Source: Nitrososphaerota archaeon | Lineage (GTDB): Archaea > Thermoproteota > Nitrososphaeria > Nitrososphaerales > Nitrosopumilaceae | Length of the DNA stretch: 11,492 nucleotides | Direction: 5' to 3' | Assembly: GCA_002317795.1 (NCBI GenBank) | Contig: NVWC01000001.1 | Location: forward strand, 52,794 to 64,285 | In this document: one piece after another, positions 8,000 through 11,492 of the stretch | Layout: the number at the start of each line of letters is the position of its first letter | Numbering within the stretch: position 1 is the stretch's first letter | Notes under the pieces: model-generated | The model's database searches: none | What the model saw: the letters and a program-made list of their open reading frames with translations, nothing else | What the model was told of the DNA's origin: nothing | Translations under genes and position numbers: made by a program

Positions 8000-8185
8000 G
8001 AAATATACCTCTCTCGTTTCAGGTTCTTAATTTTTGTGGATTCAGAAGAAACCAATTTTTTATAATTATTTCTCATCAGAAAGTGCCCCATTGTTAATTT
8101 TTTGATTTAGTTCATGTATGTGATGATCGTTTTTCTCAGAAATGATTGATTCTAATTTATTTAACATCAAGTTAACTTGCAACAA
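7996..8185 (-). pseudogene. Broken ~62-codon linker ORF between the REC and SBP genes
   Basis: TTG 8185, 1 nt after the REC stop, gives MLQVNLMLNKLESIISEKNDHHIHELNQKINNGALSDEK* (TAA 8066-8068). The adjacent frame continues NNYKKLVSSESTKIKNLKRERYIS*, whose TGA overlaps the SBP GTG. Confidence 0.4.
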
Positions 8186-8186
8186 C

Positions 8187-8549
8187 CTAATTGCCAGATT
8201 TTATAGTCATTACGAGATCAGTTAGTTCAACAGGTTTTTTTAAGCATGAATTAATACCATCTTTATCTAATAGTTCTGAAATTTGTTCATTTGTAATGGC
8301 TGATGCTGTAAATATTGTGATTCTTTGATCTTTTAGCAAATTATCTTTTTCTAATGCAGATATTACATCATTTCCTCCAAAATCTGGCATGGACATGTCT
8401 AAAAAAACACAATCAAATTTTTCATTTTTTATTAGGTTTAACCCATTTAGACCGTCATTTGTTGTAACACAGTCAAATCCCTGTATACTCAAATATTTAG
8501 CGAGCATTTCTGTGATGTCTTTATTGTCATCAATAATCAATACCTTCAT
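8187..8549 (-). CDS. Stand-alone response regulator (CheY-like receiver domain)
   Basis: MKVLIIDDNKDI...FDCVFLDMSMPDFGG...IFTAS...CLKKP has the acidic pair, phospho-Asp, Thr and Lys-Pro intact. ATG 8549 is preferred over GTG 8570. Confidence 0.93.
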   Translation of the reverse strand: MKVLIIDDNKDITEMLAKYLSIQGFDCVTTNDGLNGLNLIKNEKFDCVFLDMSMPDFGGNDVISALEKDNLLKDQRITIFTASAITNEQISELLDKDGINSCLKKPVELTDLVMTIKSGN

Positions 8550-8577
8550 TTTTATCAATTCTATTATCACTTGTTAA

Positions 8578-8585
8578 TTATTAAA
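8578..8585 (-). promoter_or_regulatory. Putative archaeal TATA box TTTAATAA (duplicated at 5054-5061)
   Basis: Located ~30-36 nt upstream of the REC ATG, the spacing expected for a short-leader archaeal transcript. Confidence 0.5.
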
Positions 8586-8614
8586 GTCCTACCAAATTGT
8601 ACCCAAAATGAGAA

Positions 8615-8626
8615 AAATGTACATTT
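8615..8626. promoter_or_regulatory. Palindromic operator candidate AAATGTACATTT (duplicated at 5091-5102)
   Basis: Perfect 12-bp palindrome between divergent genes, with a second TGTAC 20 bp away (8598-8602). Confidence 0.45.
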
Positions 8627-8717
8627 GAAGTTGTGTTTTAGTTGGAAATTTTCATAAATTAAGCCGTTCACAAAAATGAAGGAAAAAGGAATATGCAGGT
8701 ATGCCTTATTTTATAAT

Positions 8718-9296
8718 ATGTCTGAAATACGTCATAAAATTCTTGATGTAAATTTAAACGATAAAATTCTAAAAATGCTGTCCAGTAAACTAGCTAGAAA
8801 AATTATTGAAACAACAACTCAAAACTCACACTCTGCATCCGAAATAAGTGAGATGGGCAGTATTCCTTTATCTAAGGTATACAGATGGTTGAAACAACTT
8901 GAAGATTACAAATTATTACGGGTGACAAAAATAATAAATCATGAGGGAAGAAAAATAAGTTACTATAAAAGCAAGATAGACATGATAATGGTTAATCCAA
9001 AGAAAGAATCTTCTCTAGGAATTGAAATTTTAGGTTTAGGTAGTATCATTCATTGTTTAAAGTGTGGTTCTATTAACTGTACACTAGAATATGATAAAAA
9101 ATTCAATACAACACTCTGCAAATGTATTGATTGTGAAACGAGATATTTAGAAACTTTTTCACATGATCTAAAAGAAGAAAAGCAGAAAATCATTATCTTA
9201 AATGCTCTTTCAACTCATCAAATTGCAGAAGAACGTCAAAAAGTAATTATTCTGAAAGGTTTGGTGTATGATGGTAAAAATAAATCCAAACTATAA
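8718..9296 (+). CDS. Winged-helix (ArsR-like) transcriptional regulator fused to a Cys4 zinc ribbon
   Basis: ILKMLSSKLARKII...SASEISEMGSIPLSKVYRWLKQLEDYKLL...GRKISYYKSKI is a wHTH, followed by CLKC-x17/19-CKCIDC. ATG 8718 is preferred over 8676. Confidence 0.85.
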   Translation: MSEIRHKILDVNLNDKILKMLSSKLARKIIETTTQNSHSASEISEMGSIPLSKVYRWLKQLEDYKLLRVTKIINHEGRKISYYKSKIDMIMVNPKKESSLGIEILGLGSIIHCLKCGSINCTLEYDKKFNTTLCKCIDCETRYLETFSHDLKEEKQKIIILNALSTHQIAEERQKVIILKGLVYDGKNKSKL

Positions 9297-9315
9297 CAAA
9301 AATTAAACTATCAAT

Positions 9316-9537
9316 ATAGGGTATGCAAATTTAATTTATCATATCAATTATCTGCTACTAGAAAATTCATTTGCTACTACATGAAAATTTAATTTTCTAA
9401 TAGTAGTTAATGGTAAAAGTTAAGCTAGAAATTAAATTCATACAGTAGGTAACACTATTTGAAAAGATTTCATGGATAAGATATTACCACATGAAATATT
9501 TCCTTTCATATAGTAGTAAATTTTCAAGATATAGTAA
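9316..9537. repeat. Array of imperfect palindromes built from a CTACTAYATGAAA-like 13-bp arm
   Basis: CTACTACATGAAA-ATTTAAT-TTTCTAATAGTAG (9374-9406) and TTACCACATGAAA-TATTTCC-TTTCATATAGTAG (9484-9516). Further arms lie at 9355, 9436-9448, 9452-9464, 9468-9480 and ~9521-9537. Confidence 0.75.
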
Positions 9538-9577
9538 TAATTATCGAAATAAATTAAAAATAAAAAAGGAATGAAAA

Positions 9578-10350
9578 TCATTCCTGAGAGAGTTTCTTTG
9601 AAATATTTGAAAGAATCTCTTTCATAGTGTTTTCAAGATTTGTGAATTTAGTATCCATTTTATCTTGGATTTTGTGTAAGTCATTTTCCATCTGCAAGAT
9701 TTTTAACTTGTCTTTGAGTTATTCTTGTTCTTCTTTCATCTCCTCAACCTCGAACTGCTTTCGATTACCTGTTGCAATTGTCAAAAAAGGGATTGCTTTT
9801 TTGTACTCTTTGAAGAGTGCGGCTATTGTTGGTTTGAAATAGATATCACTCAAACCTGTTCTTTGTCCCATCAATTTCAATATGCTATTTGGGTGAACAT
9901 ATGAAGATTGAGTCAGGTATTGGAGAATTTTCGTAATGCATGTAGTCTTGATTTAGCATTTCGTCCATGTACATTTGGTTCATACATTACACAATACCCT
10001 GCATGAGAGACATATGCATACTGGGTTCCTGCCTTTTTCCTTTTTTTGATGTTTTTTACCTGTATTTGCTTTAGTTGATCTGTCCAATAGGATACAGTTT
10101 CAAATTCTTCGAATTTATCAATACTACACAAAACATTTGAGATGATTCCAATCTTTTCTGCTTGACGCAGTACCTCACTTGCTATCTGGTATTTTGTGTG
10201 CTCTTTGACATTGGGGATATATTGTGTAAGATCTGTTGAACTTACAACATCGCCTTTCTTCAAATTCTTTAGAACACATACAAGATTTGGTTGGATGTCA
10301 GGAGTGTCAACATACTCTTCAAGAACCAGATATGACTTTGTGTTCATCAT
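9578..10350 (-). pseudogene. Tyrosine recombinase/integrase pseudogene with internal deletion, stops and frameshift
   Basis: The ORF ends ...RLHALRKFSNT* (H-x-x-R box, TGA 9913-9915). After a frameshift it reads VHPNSILKLMGQRTGLSDIYFKPTIAALFKEYKKAIPFLTI (degenerate LMGH plus catalytic Tyr), then a coiled-coil tail with in-frame TAA 9719-9721 and final TGA 9578-9580. Confidence 0.88.
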
Positions 10351-10492
10351 AAGGTTCCTTCATTCATTTCAAGTATAAAAAATAAAATTTGCCAAAAATA
10401 AATTTTCGAAAGTATTTTCGTGGCTAATTTTTGTGCCTTGGAACCAAGAACCGAGTTGAAAGTATTAATTTGATAATTTTTTAATAAAAAAC

Positions 10493-10966
10493 ATGTCATT
10501 TGAAATTCATTGGTATAAGAATTTTTTTGGGGTTTCATGGATGCATGAAAAAGATAAACTAGTCATATCTACAGTGTTTGAAGATAAAAAAGAAGCCATT
10601 GAGATTGCTCATGAAATTGATAATTGGAGTGAAAAATTTACCAGATTGACTATAATAGAAAAAGAGGATGATGAATTTGCAATTTGTTGTTTTGAGGATC
10701 CTCAAATATCAAAAAGTGACAAACATGTAGGGCTATTTAGAACAGGAATGAGAAGAAGTAGTGGATTTGAGCAAATAAAGCCAATCATTGAAGGAAAAAT
10801 GCCACACTTACAAATTGCATATGCTGAAGATGTTCGAGATATTAACACGTATGAACAAATTTCAAAATTAGTCCCTATGAGAAAATTTAGAATAATTTCT
10901 GAGAAAAATTTGAAAAAACAAGAATACTATTATGAGAAATTAGCAAATAATTCTCCATCTGAATAG
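10493..10966 (+). CDS. Hypothetical protein (157 aa, soluble alpha/beta-like)
   Basis: ATG-started long ORF in AT-rich DNA with normal composition and no recognised motif. Confidence 0.8.
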   Translation: MSFEIHWYKNFFGVSWMHEKDKLVISTVFEDKKEAIEIAHEIDNWSEKFTRLTIIEKEDDEFAICCFEDPQISKSDKHVGLFRTGMRRSSGFEQIKPIIEGKMPHLQIAYAEDVRDINTYEQISKLVPMRKFRIISEKNLKKQEYYYEKLANNSPSE

Positions 10967-11136
10967 TAGAATTAATACTGATAAATCATTCATGTTTGTT
11001 AAATAGAGAATCTACCAATTAATAATATGAAAAATAACAATTACCAAGAATCATGGGAAGAAGTAATCGGAGTATCCTGGCTTATTTCTGATGAATGAAA
11101 TTAGAGAAGAATGATTAATTTCTTAAGAAATGAAAA

Positions 11137-11160
11137 GTGTTTTTAAGATTTTAAGAACAC
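11137..11160. promoter_or_regulatory. 24-bp imperfect palindrome, operator candidate
   Basis: GTGTTTTTAA-GATT-TTAAGAACAC has arms 9/10 complementary, lies 29-52 nt upstream of ATG 11189 and overlaps TTTTAAG TATA-like motifs. Confidence 0.5.
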
Positions 11161-11188
11161 CTAAGTATTATTTTGCCCTATTAGGGGT

Positions 11189-11492
11189 ATGAATTTTGAA
11201 AATCTCTTAAAGAGAATAATGGATTCAGACAGCAACATCAGACACAGCCTAATTACAGACATTGAAGGGGGCATACTAGTTGTCAGTCATCGTGATGGAG
11301 TAACAAATTATCTATCACCAGAAGAGACTGAAGCATCACTGAAAAGAGCTGCCAATGCATGGAAAGGAAGAAAAGCACTTAGTCCAAAAATTGGAAATGG
11401 TTTGTATGCAGTTGCAGCATTTGAAAAAATTACAAGGGTGACTTTTCCACTAGGAGATGAGAACCTAATCTTTGTGAGTTTGGGTTCAGATG
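11189..11492 (+). CDS. Roadblock/profilin-fold DUF6659-like protein (3'-truncated by the window edge)
   Basis: MNFENLLKRIMDSDSNIRHSLITDIEGGILVVSHRDGVTNYLSPEETEASLKRAANAWKGRKALSPKIGNGLYAVAAFEKITRVTFPLGDENLIFVSLGSD is open to the end. The IR-x-x-x-I-x-D-x-x-G...LS-x-EE...IG...Y...FEK...TFP pattern resembles this thaumarchaeal family. Confidence 0.8.
   Translation, partial: MNFENLLKRIMDSDSNIRHSLITDIEGGILVVSHRDGVTNYLSPEETEASLKRAANAWKGRKALSPKIGNGLYAVAAFEKITRVTFPLGDENLIFVSLGSD

Larger units (their letters stand above)
8521..8662. repeat. Direct repeat copy 2 (142 bp): promoter plus REC gene start
   Basis: Near-identical to 4996-5138, offset 3524-3525 bp. Confidence 0.97.

Noticed and set aside
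6834-8577. Plus-strand ORFs 6834-7088, 7476-7661 and 8389-8577
   Set aside because: Antisense to the kinase, SBP and REC genes, with no motifs.
9316-9537. Repeat array as a CRISPR array or archaeal ORB origin
   Set aside because: Units are degenerate, in mixed orientation and lack regular unique spacers. No cas or cdc6/orc1 gene is present and there is no G-string ORB consensus.
9627-10538. ORFs 9627-9842(+), 10196-10378(+) and 10347-10538(-)
   Set aside because: The first two are antisense to the integrase remnant. The third spans a divergent AT-rich intergenic region and overlaps the 10493 gene.
1-11492. tRNA or rRNA gene as an integration site
   Set aside because: No GC-rich cloverleaf or rRNA-like segment is visible.

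Overview
Very AT-rich archaeal-looking DNA, most consistent with a Nitrosopumilus-like ammonia-oxidising archaeon. This is an inference from GGTGAT Shine-Dalgarno motifs, TTG/GTG starts, stand-alone receiver genes and the protein families. The centre (1789-9296) is a signal-transduction island with two minus-strand operons, each headed by a near-identical 142/143-bp promoter plus receiver-gene 5' end. Operon A is REC protein, broken linker ORF, SsuA/THI5-like solute-binding protein with no transporter, and dCache-HAMP histidine kinase. Operon B is REC stub, membrane-anchored matrixin-like metalloprotease, helical-sensor HAMP histidine kinase and REC pseudogene. A divergent wHTH/zinc-ribbon regulator follows. 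Next come an array of 13-7-13 palindromic sites and a decayed, internally deleted tyrosine integrase. The flanks carry small conserved-looking genes, including a missed C2H2-type microprotein and two genes whose reading frame appears to change at A7 runs. No rRNA, tRNA or CRISPR array was seen. Family names come from motif recognition, not database searches.
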